A DNA stretch of 55,883 bases from Anabaena sp. CRKS33 (GCA_001672075.1 LJOT01000001.1:1-55883), one strand, 5' to 3'. Counted from the first letter of the stretch, positions 27,290 through 37,965 are shown. The notes: generated from the sequence alone by a model not told the origin. Program-made: numbers and translations.

Positions 27290-29305
27290 ATGGGTGTCGA
27301 GTCAACTGCTGATGAGATTGTAAAAATGCCCCCTAATGGGCATAAAGCTGAATTGAAAAGCCAAAGAGAGAAGAAACTGTTAGTACCTAGTAGCACAAGT
27401 ACGGGAAATTTATCTATTCCCTGGAAAATTGAGAATAGTGAAGACCTTTATCGGATTGAAGGTTGGGGTCGGCCTTATTTCTCGATTAATGCTGCTGGTC
27501 ATGTGACTGTTTCTCCCAAGGGTGAACGTGGTGGGTCTTTGGACTTGTTTGAGTTGGTTAATGCTCTACAACAGCGTAATTTGGGTCTTCCTATGTTAAT
27601 CCGCTTTTCCGATATTTTGGAAGACCGGATTGAGCGCTTAAATGCTTGTTTTGCTAAGGCGATCGCTCGCTATAATTACCCTGGTGTCTATCGTGGGGTA
27701 TTTCCTGTTAAGTGCAATCAACAACGTCACCTGATTGAAGATTTAGTTCGTTTTGGTAAACCCCATCAATTTGGTTTGGAAGCAGGTTCTAAGCCAGAAC
27801 TAATGATCGCTTTGGCTTTGTTGGATACCCCTGGAGCATTGTTAATTTGCAATGGCTACAAGGACCAGGAATACATCGAAACCGCTATGTTAGCCCAAAG
27901 ACTAGGACAAACACCAATTATCGTCCTGGAGCAAATTGAAGAGGTGGATTTAGCCATTGCTGCTAGTCGTCAATTAGGAATTAAGCCAATTTTGGGAGTT
28001 AGAGCAAAATTAAGCACCCAAGGTATGGGTCGCTGGGGAACTTCTACAGGCGATCGCGCTAAATTTGGCTTAACAATTCCCGAAATTATGGAAGCTGTGG
28101 AAAAATTAGGTGCAGCTGACTTACTCGGTTCTCTACAACTGTTACATTTTCACATTGGTTCCCAAATCTCGGCTATCAATGTCATTAAGGATGCCATCCA
28201 AGAAGCTAGTCGTATTTACGTAGAATTGGCGATGCTAGGGGCAGACATGAAATACTTAGATGTTGGTGGTGGTTTGGGTGTAGATTATGACGGCTCACAA
28301 ACGAATTTCTACACCTCAAAAAACTACAATATGCAAAACTATGCTAACGACATTGTAGCCGAGTTAAAAGATACCTGTGATGAACGGCAAATTACCGTAC
28401 CTACTCTTGTGAGTGAAAGTGGTCGGGCGATTTCTTCTCACCAATCAGTGTTAATTTTTGACGTTCTCAGTACCAGTGATGTCCCCCTTGATCCTCCTGA
28501 TCCTCCCCAAGACGGAGAATCCCCGATTATTAAATATCTGTGGGAAACTTACCAATCTATCAATAAAGAAAATTACCAAGAATTTTATCACGACGCTGCC
28601 CAATTCAAAGAAGAAGCTATCAGTCGCTTTAATTTAGGAATTTTGCGCTTGAATGAACGCGCTAAGGCCGAACGTCTTTACTGGGCTTGTTGTCAAAAAG
28701 TTTTAACTATCATCCGTCAGGAAGAATACGTACCTGATGAATTGGAAGACCTAGAAAAAATCATGGCTTCCATTTACTACATCAATCTTTCTGTGTTTCA
28801 ATCAGCACCAGACTGTTGGGCTATAGATCAACTATTTCCCATTATGCCTATACATCGTCTGGATGAAGAACCAACCCGCAGAGGAATTTTAGCAGACCTC
28901 ACCTGTGATAGTGATGGGAAAATAGACCGCTTTATAGATTTGCGAGATGTGAAATCAGTGTTAGAATTACACAAATTTCATCCGGGAAAACCCTATTATT
29001 TAGGAATGTTCCTGAATGGAGCATACCAGGAAATTATGGGGAATTTACATAATCTCTTTGGTGACACTAACGCCGTTCATATCAATTTAACTCCCAAAGG
29101 CTACCAAATTGAACACGTTGTTAAAGGTGATACCATGAGTGAAGTCGTTAGTTACGTTCAATATGATGCTGAAGACATGGTAGAAAATATTCGCCAGCGT
29201 TGTGAGCGGGCTTTAGAAGAACAGCACATCACCTTAGCCGAATCCCAGCGACTTCTACAAACTTACGAGCAAAGTTTACAAAGATATACTTACTTGAATA
29301 GTTAA
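27290..29305 (+). CDS. speA: Biosynthetic arginine decarboxylase
   Basis: FPVKCNQ, GLEAGSKPEL, HFHIGSQ, DVGGGLGVDYDG, DLTCDSDG, GAYQEIMG. Confidence 0.96.
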   Translation: MGVESTADEIVKMPPNGHKAELKSQREKKLLVPSSTSTGNLSIPWKIENSEDLYRIEGWGRPYFSINAAGHVTVSPKGERGGSLDLFELVNALQQRNLGLPMLIRFSDILEDRIERLNACFAKAIARYNYPGVYRGVFPVKCNQQRHLIEDLVRFGKPHQFGLEAGSKPELMIALALLDTPGALLICNGYKDQEYIETAMLAQRLGQTPIIVLEQIEEVDLAIAASRQLGIKPILGVRAKLSTQGMGRWGTSTGDRAKFGLTIPEIMEAVEKLGAADLLGSLQLLHFHIGSQISAINVIKDAIQEASRIYVELAMLGADMKYLDVGGGLGVDYDGSQTNFYTSKNYNMQNYANDIVAELKDTCDERQITVPTLVSESGRAISSHQSVLIFDVLSTSDVPLDPPDPPQDGESPIIKYLWETYQSINKENYQEFYHDAAQFKEEAISRFNLGILRLNERAKAERLYWACCQKVLTIIRQEEYVPDELEDLEKIMASIYYINLSVFQSAPDCWAIDQLFPIMPIHRLDEEPTRRGILADLTCDSDGKIDRFIDLRDVKSVLELHKFHPGKPYYLGMFLNGAYQEIMGNLHNLFGDTNAVHINLTPKGYQIEHVVKGDTMSEVVSYVQYDAEDMVENIRQRCERALEEQHITLAESQRLLQTYEQSLQRYTYLNS

Positions 29306-29360
29306 TAGTCAGTAGTCAGTGGTCAGTTGTAATTTGCTACTGACAACTGACAACTGACTA
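29306..29360. repeat. Inverted STRR tracts between convergent genes (possible bidirectional terminator)
   Basis: TAGTCAGTAGTCAGTGGTCAGTTG ... CTGACAACTGACAACTGACTA. Confidence 0.6.
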
Positions 29361-30527
29361 AATTGAACTTGTTCCCAATAATTCAGCAATGGCTTTATGT
29401 TCTAAAGGCGTTTCTATGGGACGAGTTTGACGCGCATCTGTAATCAGCCAATCTAAAGCCGCAGCTTGGACATCAATGGATGCTCCGGTTTTATCTACAC
29501 AGTACCGTCCAAACACCAGTTTATCAACTAGGCGGACTCCGGGAGCTAAACGGGACCATTCAAAAATCACACTGTTATCTACAGTAGCCCCACTACAAAT
29601 CCAGCAATTTGGACCAATCATGGCAGGTCCAATAATTTTTGCTCCATCTTCAATTTTGGTCATTCCGCCAATATAAACAGGTCCAGTAATATCAACTTTA
29701 TCCCAATTTACAGATACATTTAACCCCGTAAAAATACCAGGAGCGACTTTATGTCCGGGGATTTGTACATTTTTGATTTCCCCTGATAAAACGCCGCGAA
29801 TTGCTCGCCAATAATCGGGAACTTTACCAATATCTACCCATTCAAAATCCATGGGAATAGCGTAAAAAGGGGCATTATCGGCCACAAGTTGGGGAAATAA
29901 CTGGCTACCAATGTCATATTCTACTCCAGAGGGTATATATTTAAATACTTCTGGCTCAAAAATATAAATACCTGTATTGATATTAGTGCTAAGGGCTTCT
30001 TCTATTGGGGGTTTTTCTTGGAAAGCTTGAATGCGATTATCGTCGTCAGTAACCACTACACCGTAACTAGAAACTTCTTCCTTGGGAACTGATTTAGTGA
30101 TAATAGTAGCGATCGCACCTTTGGATTTATGCCATTTTACCGCCGCAGTTAAGTCTAAGTCAATTAAAGCATCACCACACAATACTACAAAGGTATCATC
30201 AAAAAATGGTGAGAAGTCTTGAATCCGACGCATACCTCCAGCCGAACCAATGGCTTCCCCTACGAGTTTACCATCATCATCAATTTTACCTTCAAAAGAA
30301 TAGGCAATCTGCACTCCAAACCGCTGACCATCACGGAAATAACTTTCTATTTCCTCTGCTAAATGGCTGACATTGACCATAATTTGATCAAATCCGTGTT
30401 GGCGCAATAATTCCAATAAAAATTCCATGACTGGCTTTTGCAGTATGGGAATCATAGGCTTGGGAATTGTATAGGTAATAGGACGGATACGAGTACCCTT
30501 TCCTGCGGCAAGAATCATCGCTTTCAT
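29358..30527 (-). CDS. NDP-sugar pyrophosphorylase (mannose-1-phosphate guanylyltransferase-like; cyanobacterial CugP type)
   Basis: MKAMILAAGKGTRIRP, PKPM, FQEKP, WVDIGK, and a C-terminal left-handed beta helix. Confidence 0.9.
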   Translation of the reverse strand: MKAMILAAGKGTRIRPITYTIPKPMIPILQKPVMEFLLELLRQHGFDQIMVNVSHLAEEIESYFRDGQRFGVQIAYSFEGKIDDDGKLVGEAIGSAGGMRRIQDFSPFFDDTFVVLCGDALIDLDLTAAVKWHKSKGAIATIITKSVPKEEVSSYGVVVTDDDNRIQAFQEKPPIEEALSTNINTGIYIFEPEVFKYIPSGVEYDIGSQLFPQLVADNAPFYAIPMDFEWVDIGKVPDYWRAIRGVLSGEIKNVQIPGHKVAPGIFTGLNVSVNWDKVDITGPVYIGGMTKIEDGAKIIGPAMIGPNCWICSGATVDNSVIFEWSRLAPGVRLVDKLVFGRYCVDKTGASIDVQAAALDWLITDARQTRPIETPLEHKAIAELLGTSSI

Positions 30528-30607
30528 AAAATCTTATTCCTTAGTAATTGGTCAGTTGTCAGTTGTCATTAGGGGATAGAAATTTATGCTCCCCCTGCTC
30601 CTGGACT

Positions 30608-31399
30608 TTAATTAGGTAAACGAATTGAAATTTCCTGGTAAAATTCTTTTTGAAATAACTCCACCTTAGATTGAGCCGAGAGTAGCAGTAAAGCCCAAAA
30701 AACGCTAATCATGCTACTATGTCCTGATTGGTGATCATGTCCGTTTTTCCCCGGTTGCTTTGTCTGTATCCATAAATCTATCAGTTCTTCTAGATTCCAA
30801 CATTGTTCCTCCAAATTTCGCTCTTTAGCAGCACTATGTAACACCTGTTCTAGTTCTAACGCGACTTCCGTTAAATTTTCTTGGTGGGCTAACTCTAGGG
30901 CTTCCCGCATGGTTTGCACACTAGACTGGCGCTTAGTTCGCTGAGGTTTGTCAGATTTTTCTACCAGTTTTAACTGGCTGGCCATGATTTGCAACTGGTC
31001 TATTAACTCTTGCAATGTCACTCGACGTTTTCGAGGTGGCATAGCTGCTGGACGACGACGCAGGTGTTGCTCTAATTGTAAGGGACGGGCTGGAGATGAC
31101 AATCCATCTTCAATTGCTAATATTGTATCATCTATAACTTCTTCTGGAGTATTATATACCGTTGACAGTTGCATTAATGTATTGGCCTTAAATAATACAA
31201 GCTTTGATGCTGATAAAAAAGCCTGTCCAGATTGAGATAAATCACTTTCATAGCCTCTGGTAGTTGCTTCTGGGGACATTAATTTCAAGTAATTATCAAT
31301 CACCTCAATAACTCGCACGTCCCAAGGGTCAATTTCCCCTTTTTCGGCTTGGGAAATCAGGTGTGTAATTGTTTCTAATAATTCAACTGCATCCATCAA
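30608..31399 (-). CDS. scpA: Segregation and condensation protein A (kleisin)
   Basis: GEIDPWDV, RRVTLQELI, SVFWALLLL...VELFQ. Confidence 0.88.
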   Translation of the reverse strand: MMDAVELLETITHLISQAEKGEIDPWDVRVIEVIDNYLKLMSPEATTRGYESDLSQSGQAFLSASKLVLFKANTLMQLSTVYNTPEEVIDDTILAIEDGLSSPARPLQLEQHLRRRPAAMPPRKRRVTLQELIDQLQIMASQLKLVEKSDKPQRTKRQSSVQTMREALELAHQENLTEVALELEQVLHSAAKERNLEEQCWNLEELIDLWIQTKQPGKNGHDHQSGHSSMISVFWALLLLSAQSKVELFQKEFYQEISIRLPN

Positions 31400-31473
31400 T
31401 TCAAAATTTGATATACCAGAAATCAGAGGTCACGCATGCTCAAGAATAATAGTTCCACTGACAACTGACTAAT

Positions 31474-32568
31474 TTATTCATCTTGTCCAAATTCTGAGCC
31501 GTAATTAGCCCGAAAATTTGCGACAAAATCACTGTGCTGACTGTTTTTGATCACATCAAAAGTACCTTTGATAGTTCCAGCGATTGGTACAGCCACCAGT
31601 GTTCCCAGTAAACCCGCAATTTCAAATCCCATTAAAATGGCGATAAAAATCCACAGGGGGTTGAGTCCGATAAAATTACCCATTAGTTTGGGAGCTAATA
31701 GATTATCTTTAATTTGTTGCATGATAACTGCCATTGTAGCGACTGGAAATGCTAACCACCAATTTTGAATTAATACCAACATTGTGACTAAACCAATGCC
31801 CAAGGTTGCGCCAACAACGGGAATAAGTCCAGAAATACCGATAATAATAGCAAATAAGAGGGCAAATGGTACTCTCAAAAATAAGAAAATGGGCGTAAGG
31901 GCTATGATCATAAATAGTCCTAGTAATAATTGACTCAGAAAAAAGTTCTGGAAATTTAATTGTAATGACTTGCTAAAGGGGATACCAATATTTGATGGTA
32001 AAAGATTGATTAATCCAGTCCAGACGCGATCGCCATATATTAACATATAAAAGGCGAGAACAATGACTAATATGACATTGAGTATTACTGATAATAGCGT
32101 TCCCGCAAATCCTACAGCCCCTGAAGCTATTTGCTGAACTAAGTTTTGTATATTAGCATTGATTTGATTTGTCACCAACTTTAAATCTATAGATAACCGC
32201 CTTTGCTTTGCTAACATCTCTAAATGATCGAAATTGGCTTGACTAGTCGCTAACCAATCTGGAATCTTATTCAAAAGTTGAATGGTTTGATCAATCAACA
32301 TTGGTACAAGAGTAACACCTAAAACAATAAATAAAGTTAAGGTAAGTATTAAAACAATGATTACTGCTTGAGTGCGTCTAATTCTAATGTTTGCAAATAA
32401 CTTGACTGGATAATTCAGTAAAAAAGCCAGAATGGCAGAAATACTGAGGATAGTCAGGGGATTTTGAAAAAAATGAAATAATACAGACATCAGCCAGATA
32501 TTGAGAGCAATAATTGGTCCACTGAGTCCATAAATTAACAAAGTTTGCAGAGAGGCAAAACGGCGCAT
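31474..32568 (-). CDS. AI-2E family transporter
   Basis: AFLLNYPV, IPVVGA, DNLLAPKLMG, GLNPLW, GTLVAVP. Confidence 0.9.
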   Translation of the reverse strand: MRRFASLQTLLIYGLSGPIIALNIWLMSVLFHFFQNPLTILSISAILAFLLNYPVKLFANIRIRRTQAVIIVLILTLTLFIVLGVTLVPMLIDQTIQLLNKIPDWLATSQANFDHLEMLAKQRRLSIDLKLVTNQINANIQNLVQQIASGAVGFAGTLLSVILNVILVIVLAFYMLIYGDRVWTGLINLLPSNIGIPFSKSLQLNFQNFFLSQLLLGLFMIIALTPIFLFLRVPFALLFAIIIGISGLIPVVGATLGIGLVTMLVLIQNWWLAFPVATMAVIMQQIKDNLLAPKLMGNFIGLNPLWIFIAILMGFEIAGLLGTLVAVPIAGTIKGTFDVIKNSQHSDFVANFRANYGSEFGQDE

Positions 32569-32721
32569 CTGATTTAATGTATAAACAGGAGGCTTCAGGG
32601 GCTTGCAGGGCAGGGTGGCGTAATTCCTATTCCCTATTGTCCAAAAAACGTACTAATTTTGATCATAGAATGTTTTCCCCAATACTAATATACGCTGAAT
32701 CTAAATCGTGAGAAAATAAAA

Positions 32722-33369
32722 ATGATAGATAAAAGCATTGCTGATCTTCGTAAAGACTACACCCTTAAAGATTTAAATGAAAACGAGATTGACAAAAATC
32801 CATTTATACAATTTAAAATCTGGTTTAACCAGTCCGTAGCAGCCCAACTACCTGAACCTAATGCTATGACTTTGGCTACCTGTACACCTGATGGTAAGCC
32901 TTCGGCAAGAATGGTACTACTCAAGGATATTGACGAACGCGGTTTTGTATTATTTACTAATTATAAGAGTCAAAAAGGACAAGAAATATCAGTAAATCCC
33001 CAGGCTGCTTTGGTTTTTTGGTGGGCTGAACTAGAACGTCAAGTCAGAATTGTGGGGACTGTCGAGAAAATTTCTTCAGCACAGTCTGATAGCTATTTTG
33101 AAGTGCGTCCACCCTTCAGTCGTTTGGGTGCTTGGGCTTCTAATCAAAGTGAAGTTATTGCCAATAGAGATGTATTAGAAGCACAATTAATAGAATTTCA
33201 GCGTCAATATGAAAATCAAGAAGTACCTCGACCTCCTCATTGGGGGGGGTTTCGAGTTATTCCCCAGGAAATTGAGTTTTGGCAAGGAAGATCCAGCCGC
33301 TTACATGATCGGTTGCGATATACTCTCATAGATAATGGAAATTGGAAAATCGAGCGGTTATCACCTTAA
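32722..33369 (+). CDS. pdxH: Pyridoxine/pyridoxamine 5'-phosphate oxidase
   Basis: RKDY, PNAMTLAT, RMVLLK, EFWQGRSSRLHDR, WKIERLSP. Confidence 0.96.
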   Translation: MIDKSIADLRKDYTLKDLNENEIDKNPFIQFKIWFNQSVAAQLPEPNAMTLATCTPDGKPSARMVLLKDIDERGFVLFTNYKSQKGQEISVNPQAALVFWWAELERQVRIVGTVEKISSAQSDSYFEVRPPFSRLGAWASNQSEVIANRDVLEAQLIEFQRQYENQEVPRPPHWGGFRVIPQEIEFWQGRSSRLHDRLRYTLIDNGNWKIERLSP

Positions 33370-33375
33370 TTTTAG

Positions 33376-33410
33376 ATTCCCGACTTCTCCAAGCAGTCGG
33401 GAATGTTTTT
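33376..33410 (+). terminator. Hairpin after pdxH (intrinsic terminator or repeat)
   Basis: ATTCCCGACT-N9-AGTCGGGAAT followed by GTTTTT. Confidence 0.65.
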
Positions 33411-33625
33411 GTATAGCTTCACCACCCAAGCTATCAAAAATGATTTAGTATTCCTATAGAAAGATGCTGATCCAAGCAAAAAACAATGATAATTAATTAA
33501 TGATTCCTGAAAAGTTCCCTGGCAAAATAAAATTATGTTATATATTTGTTTCTTAAAGTACAGACAAAAGATAATGCCATTAGATATTATAAACAGAACT
33601 TATCAAAGACACTGAAATTTGTAAA

Positions 33626-33714
33626 TATAGTAGTGATCAGGGCAATTAAAATAGCGGAAAATTTTTAAATACTGATCAGACAAAGGTTTTAAAAGTTTAC
33701 TACTGATTGCTATA
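33626..33714. repeat. Short TATAG...CTATA-bounded dispersed element
   Basis: TATAGTAGTGATCAG ... CTGATTGCTATA. Similar (T)ATAGCRGTT starts occur near 12749 and 19483. Confidence 0.35.
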
Positions 33715-33770
33715 TTATTTGTGTTTTTTTTGTAAAATTTCAATAATTTCTAATACAATCCCTTCATTTT

Positions 33771-34862
33771 ATGCGAATTATACATATACTGAATCATATC
33801 CAAGAAATCGGTAATGGTATCGTGAATGTAGCTGTTGATCTGGCTTGTTTACAATCTCAAGCTGGTGATGATGTAGCGGTAATTTCAGCGGGAGGAGAAT
33901 ACGAAAAATTATTAAATAAATTTGGGGTTAAACACTATACAATAAACCAAAATCGCCAGCCAATAAATATGATCAAAGCGGCGGTAGCTTATCGAAAAAT
34001 TGTGGGAGAATTTCAGCCAAATATAGTTCATGCTCACATGATGACTGGTGTGGTTTTAGCAAGTGCATTCAGGTGGGGAAATAGATATAATTTAGTGGCT
34101 ACAGTTCATAATGAATTTCAACGTAGTAGTGTATTAATGGGTTTAGCTGACCGAGTAATTGCTGTTAGTAAAGCCGTTAAAAATTCGATGGTAAAACGGG
34201 GAATTTCTGAAGAGAAATTACGGGTAATTTGTAATGGAACTTTGGGTAGTCCTCGGACTCGGAAAATATCGGATTATCAACCTTTAAATTTACAATGTCC
34301 TGCGATTATTACTGTAGCGGGAATGTACAAACGGAAGGGAATTGCTGAGTTAATTGCGGCTTTTGAGGAAGTTGCTCAAAATTTTCCCAAAGTCAATTTA
34401 TATCTAGTAGGAAATGGTCCAGATAAACAAATATTTGAAGCTCAAGCTCAAGCAACTGCTGTTAGTAGTCAAATTCATTTTGTTGGATTTTGTCCCGAAC
34501 CACAACGTTATTTACTAGCCTGTGATATTTTTGTCTTAGCCTCCCACCGTGATCCTTGTCCCTTGGTGCTTTCAGAAGCGAGGGAAGCTGGAGTGGCTAT
34601 TGTGGCTACTGAGGTAGACGGAATTCCAGAGGCGTTAGATCATGGGAAAGCGGGAATGTTAGTTCCTACTCAGGATAGCCATAAACTAGCTGAAGCATTA
34701 ATAAAACTATTGAGTAATACAGATATGCTTCAAGAGTGGAAAAATCGGGCGCAAGAAAACTTAGAATGGTTAAATGTTGCCCGTGTACATCAAGAAACAT
34801 TAGCAGTGTATCACGAGTTCGCTTTTCAGGAAACTTTTTCAAGTTATACACAACTTGATTAA
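33771..34862 (+). CDS. GT4 family glycosyltransferase
   Basis: GT-B fold features: HAH, VIAVS, KRKG, DPCPLVLSEA (Ex7E-like with D), DGIPE. Confidence 0.92.
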   Translation: MRIIHILNHIQEIGNGIVNVAVDLACLQSQAGDDVAVISAGGEYEKLLNKFGVKHYTINQNRQPINMIKAAVAYRKIVGEFQPNIVHAHMMTGVVLASAFRWGNRYNLVATVHNEFQRSSVLMGLADRVIAVSKAVKNSMVKRGISEEKLRVICNGTLGSPRTRKISDYQPLNLQCPAIITVAGMYKRKGIAELIAAFEEVAQNFPKVNLYLVGNGPDKQIFEAQAQATAVSSQIHFVGFCPEPQRYLLACDIFVLASHRDPCPLVLSEAREAGVAIVATEVDGIPEALDHGKAGMLVPTQDSHKLAEALIKLLSNTDMLQEWKNRAQENLEWLNVARVHQETLAVYHEFAFQETFSSYTQLD

Positions 34863-34990
34863 TAACGGTAACAGCAGGGAAGAATAAACAGGGTAAGTCT
34901 GAAAATAGACCATAAGATGTTCATATCGCCAATTTTTATCTACCCAATGGAGGAATCAAGATACATCTAATAAATACTAAATAATTAAAT

Positions 34991-35059
34991 ATTCCGATCA
35001 CCTGACGAACTTTAACAGCACATTCCTTTGTTTGCATTATACAAGCAAGGGATTTTTTT
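34991..35059 (+). ncRNA. Putative small RNA, tandem copy 1
   Basis: 5' segment CCGATCACC..AC..ACTTTA shared with copy 2; 11-bp stem, 7-nt loop and T7 tract. The 5' end is inferred. Confidence 0.5.
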
Positions 35060-35168
35060 ATAAATTTTTTGATAAATTTTGAAATGATACCAATTGAATA
35101 TAATAATCATCAATTTATATATCTAAAGGGGGACTGGATTAAATGACTTTAAAGATTATATATTAAAT

Positions 35169-35238
35169 AGCCCGATTACCCTACCGGACTTTAGCTCCAA
35201 GTCCTCTTTTGTCATTACCCGACAAGAGAGGTTTTATT
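35169..35238 (+). ncRNA. Putative small RNA, tandem copy 2
   Basis: 5' segment CCGATTACC..AC...ACTTTA; CCTCTTTTGTC-N7-GACAAGAGAGG followed by TTTTATT; TATATT -10 candidate at 35159. Confidence 0.5.
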
Positions 35239-35367
35239 CACTTTTGAATATTGATTATGTAGATGATCACAAAAAAATGAGTTTGGTTTAAGGCACAGAT
35301 TAAGAAACTTCAGAAAGAAAAAATTAGGTTTTCTAGCGTCATTTTATTAACCGGAAATTAGTCATTT

Positions 35368-36678
35368 TTAGAATTTACATATTGAAAAAAATTGTCTACC
35401 TATCAGAAAGATTCCGCCCATAATGATGAATATTAATGTAATTTTTCCTCCCGGAACTAAGGTTTGATGGTTACTATGGAAAAATTCTGGTTTTTGACTT
35501 TGTTTCCAACTCATTAATGCTGGCATAATTCCTGCTAGTATAGAAATACTAAACGTACCTGTGTATTCTAAAGCCTGGAAAAATATGGTGGGATTAAATG
35601 TTCCTAAACTTAAAGGTGGAAGCAATACCAAGGAATAAAGAGGTAAACGAGAAATTTCGCTTTTAGTGATTAAAGAAATATCTTTAAAAAAATCTGTTAA
35701 CCCGTAGGTAATACCAATAAATGATGTGACAATAGCAAATTCTGAAAAAATTGATAGTAACATTGCAAACCATTCTCCCGAAGCACCATTGCGGAGGATT
35801 TTTAATGGGTCAAATATCCTCTCATGTCCTGAACTAAGTTGTACAATATCTGGGGTCACGCAACCTAAAATAACCGCATTCCAAGCTAAAAACATCAAGA
35901 GTGGAATCACAGAACCAATAATAATAGATTGGCGAATTTTGGGAATATCTCCTTCTAATTGAGTTACAACCAGCGGGATAACAGAATGGTAGAACATGGC
36001 CACATATATAACAGCAAGAGAACCACCAATAGCAGTCCAATTTTGCACTAAGAATTGAGAGCTTTGGATTTGGCTTCCTCCTAATAATAATAAACCCACA
36101 AAGGCCATGAGTAAAATAATGGTAAATATCTCATTTAATTTTTCAATCAAGTTATTTTTTCCCCAATAAATTATACTACCAAATATTAGGGAAAAACTCA
36201 CTGTTCCTGCCCAATGAGGTAAAATATTTTCTAACTTCCAAACTTGATTAACTGTGGTTGTTAAAACTTCTCCACCTTTAGTCATATATGCCACTAACAA
36301 AGCATAGTGATTAAATAAATATGCGACTCCAGCAATTCTCGCTCCAACTTTACCAAGAATCTTTTCTACTATTGCTAATAAGCCTAAGTGGGGAATACCC
36401 TCAACTCGCATGATATTTAAAGTCACTTCCGCAATTATTAAACCAGATATTAAAGTATAAAACCATACGAAAATAATGGCAATTGTAGATGGTATAATCC
36501 CAGATGGTAAGGTTACTGCTGGTAGTCCAATAATTCCAGCCCCAACAGTAGTTCCCACAATTAAAGCTGTATTTCCTAAAACACTACCTGGTTGATGTCG
36601 AAATTTATTACCATCAAATTCTAGATGAGAAAATAATCGTGTTACCGCTTGTTGATCTTGTTTTTCTTGTCGAATCAT
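35368..36678 (-). CDS. Aromatic amino acid permease (TyrP/Mtr, HAAAP family)
   Basis: LIVGTTVGAGIIGLP, YALLVAY, FYHSVIP, AIVTSFIG. Confidence 0.9.
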   Translation of the reverse strand: MIRQEKQDQQAVTRLFSHLEFDGNKFRHQPGSVLGNTALIVGTTVGAGIIGLPAVTLPSGIIPSTIAIIFVWFYTLISGLIIAEVTLNIMRVEGIPHLGLLAIVEKILGKVGARIAGVAYLFNHYALLVAYMTKGGEVLTTTVNQVWKLENILPHWAGTVSFSLIFGSIIYWGKNNLIEKLNEIFTIILLMAFVGLLLLGGSQIQSSQFLVQNWTAIGGSLAVIYVAMFYHSVIPLVVTQLEGDIPKIRQSIIIGSVIPLLMFLAWNAVILGCVTPDIVQLSSGHERIFDPLKILRNGASGEWFAMLLSIFSEFAIVTSFIGITYGLTDFFKDISLITKSEISRLPLYSLVLLPPLSLGTFNPTIFFQALEYTGTFSISILAGIMPALMSWKQSQKPEFFHSNHQTLVPGGKITLIFIIMGGIFLIGRQFFSICKF

Positions 36679-36762
36679 AAACTCAAAACTAATTGTTGAT
36701 GTTCTCAGTACAGTTATACAAAATACCTGATTTCTAAGATCAGCCCAGGATTTAATAAGTGA

Positions 36763-37965
36763 TTAAACGAACTTTTTGACAAACTCACACATTAAATCTA
36801 CTCTACCTTTGCGTAACATGGCTGGATCTAATCTTTCCGTGGTATTACAAGTCATTAATACTACTAACTTCTGCTTCATTTGAATGCCAGATTCATCAAT
36901 TATACTCTGGTATAATGTGCCATCTAATAAGGCTAAAATATGCTCAGTTTTGTTATTATATTGTGCCACTTCTGAAGCCCGATCTTGAGCTAGATTATCA
37001 GCTTCGTTGATGATAATACAAATGCGTTCTAAATATGTTGGCGGGACGAAGTTGGTAATTGCATCATGATCTAAAATGAAAATTACATATCCTAAAGGGA
37101 CAAGAATTTCTTTAGCTATACTCTGTGTCCATGCTGTTTTTCCTGTACCTGGTGCGCCATGAACTACAACTGCTAATTGGTTTTGATTTAAAATTGTTTG
37201 TTGAACTAAGTCGCTAAAATTTTGGATGTCTTGGGGAAATGTCCGCAATGGATATTGACTATGAACTTTCCCCACCCGACTTTGATATCCACTCAGCATT
37301 ACTGCTAAATCATAGGTCGCTTTATTAATTAAAGGTTTCATATTTTGGGACATTAAAGTATAATTCCTTCTGCCCCTGTCATAGGCTTCAATTTGTAACC
37401 AAGTATCATGTTTTGACCAATAAGCATGAACTGTATTTACCACATCTAATTTTTCCCAGTTCACAAATTTTTCTACTGGAAAATAAAAGTCTCTTTCGGA
37501 GTAATATTGAGTGATAATATCAGGACGTTCTAATAATTTTAAGACTCGGAGAACGGTAATTTCTTGCAGAAGATTCAGCACATAATCAATAGGAATACTA
37601 TTGCGGCTCACAAATTGTACAAGCGGTGTTTCTGTACTCAAAATGTCTTTATGGCGCTGTTCTGGAGTGAGCATATCTGGTGTGATATAATTCCAAAATT
37701 TCTGAAATTCACCACGAGTATAATCTGAGGCTAAATTTAAAATATTTGCCCACCAAGCATATTCTTTTCTCGCCAAAGCATCAGCATAATAACTGACTAA
37801 ATTAATACTTTTCTGGGTTAATTCCTGGGTATCATGAGATAAAATTTTCCCGAAATATTCCCAATCAAAATCTCTGTGAAATGGCCGCCAACCACTGGAT
37901 AACAAGTTTTGACAGTTTTTATTGCTGTTATTACTTTCGTTAGTTCTGAAGTAGTCAAAATCCAT
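36763..37965 (-). CDS. AAA-family ATPase with a long uncharacterised N-terminal domain
   Basis: Walker A GAPGTGKT, Walker B-like IIINEAD, SRH CNTTERLDPAMLRKGRVD. Confidence 0.88.
   Translation of the reverse strand: MDFDYFRTNESNNSNKNCQNLLSSGWRPFHRDFDWEYFGKILSHDTQELTQKSINLVSYYADALARKEYAWWANILNLASDYTRGEFQKFWNYITPDMLTPEQRHKDILSTETPLVQFVSRNSIPIDYVLNLLQEITVLRVLKLLERPDIITQYYSERDFYFPVEKFVNWEKLDVVNTVHAYWSKHDTWLQIEAYDRGRRNYTLMSQNMKPLINKATYDLAVMLSGYQSRVGKVHSQYPLRTFPQDIQNFSDLVQQTILNQNQLAVVVHGAPGTGKTAWTQSIAKEILVPLGYVIFILDHDAITNFVPPTYLERICIIINEADNLAQDRASEVAQYNNKTEHILALLDGTLYQSIIDESGIQMKQKLVVLMTCNTTERLDPAMLRKGRVDLMCEFVKKFV

Noticed and set aside
19561-29305. Polyamine gene cluster (decarboxylase plus speA)
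   Set aside because: The genes are separately transcribed and separated by unrelated genes; proximity alone is not evidence.
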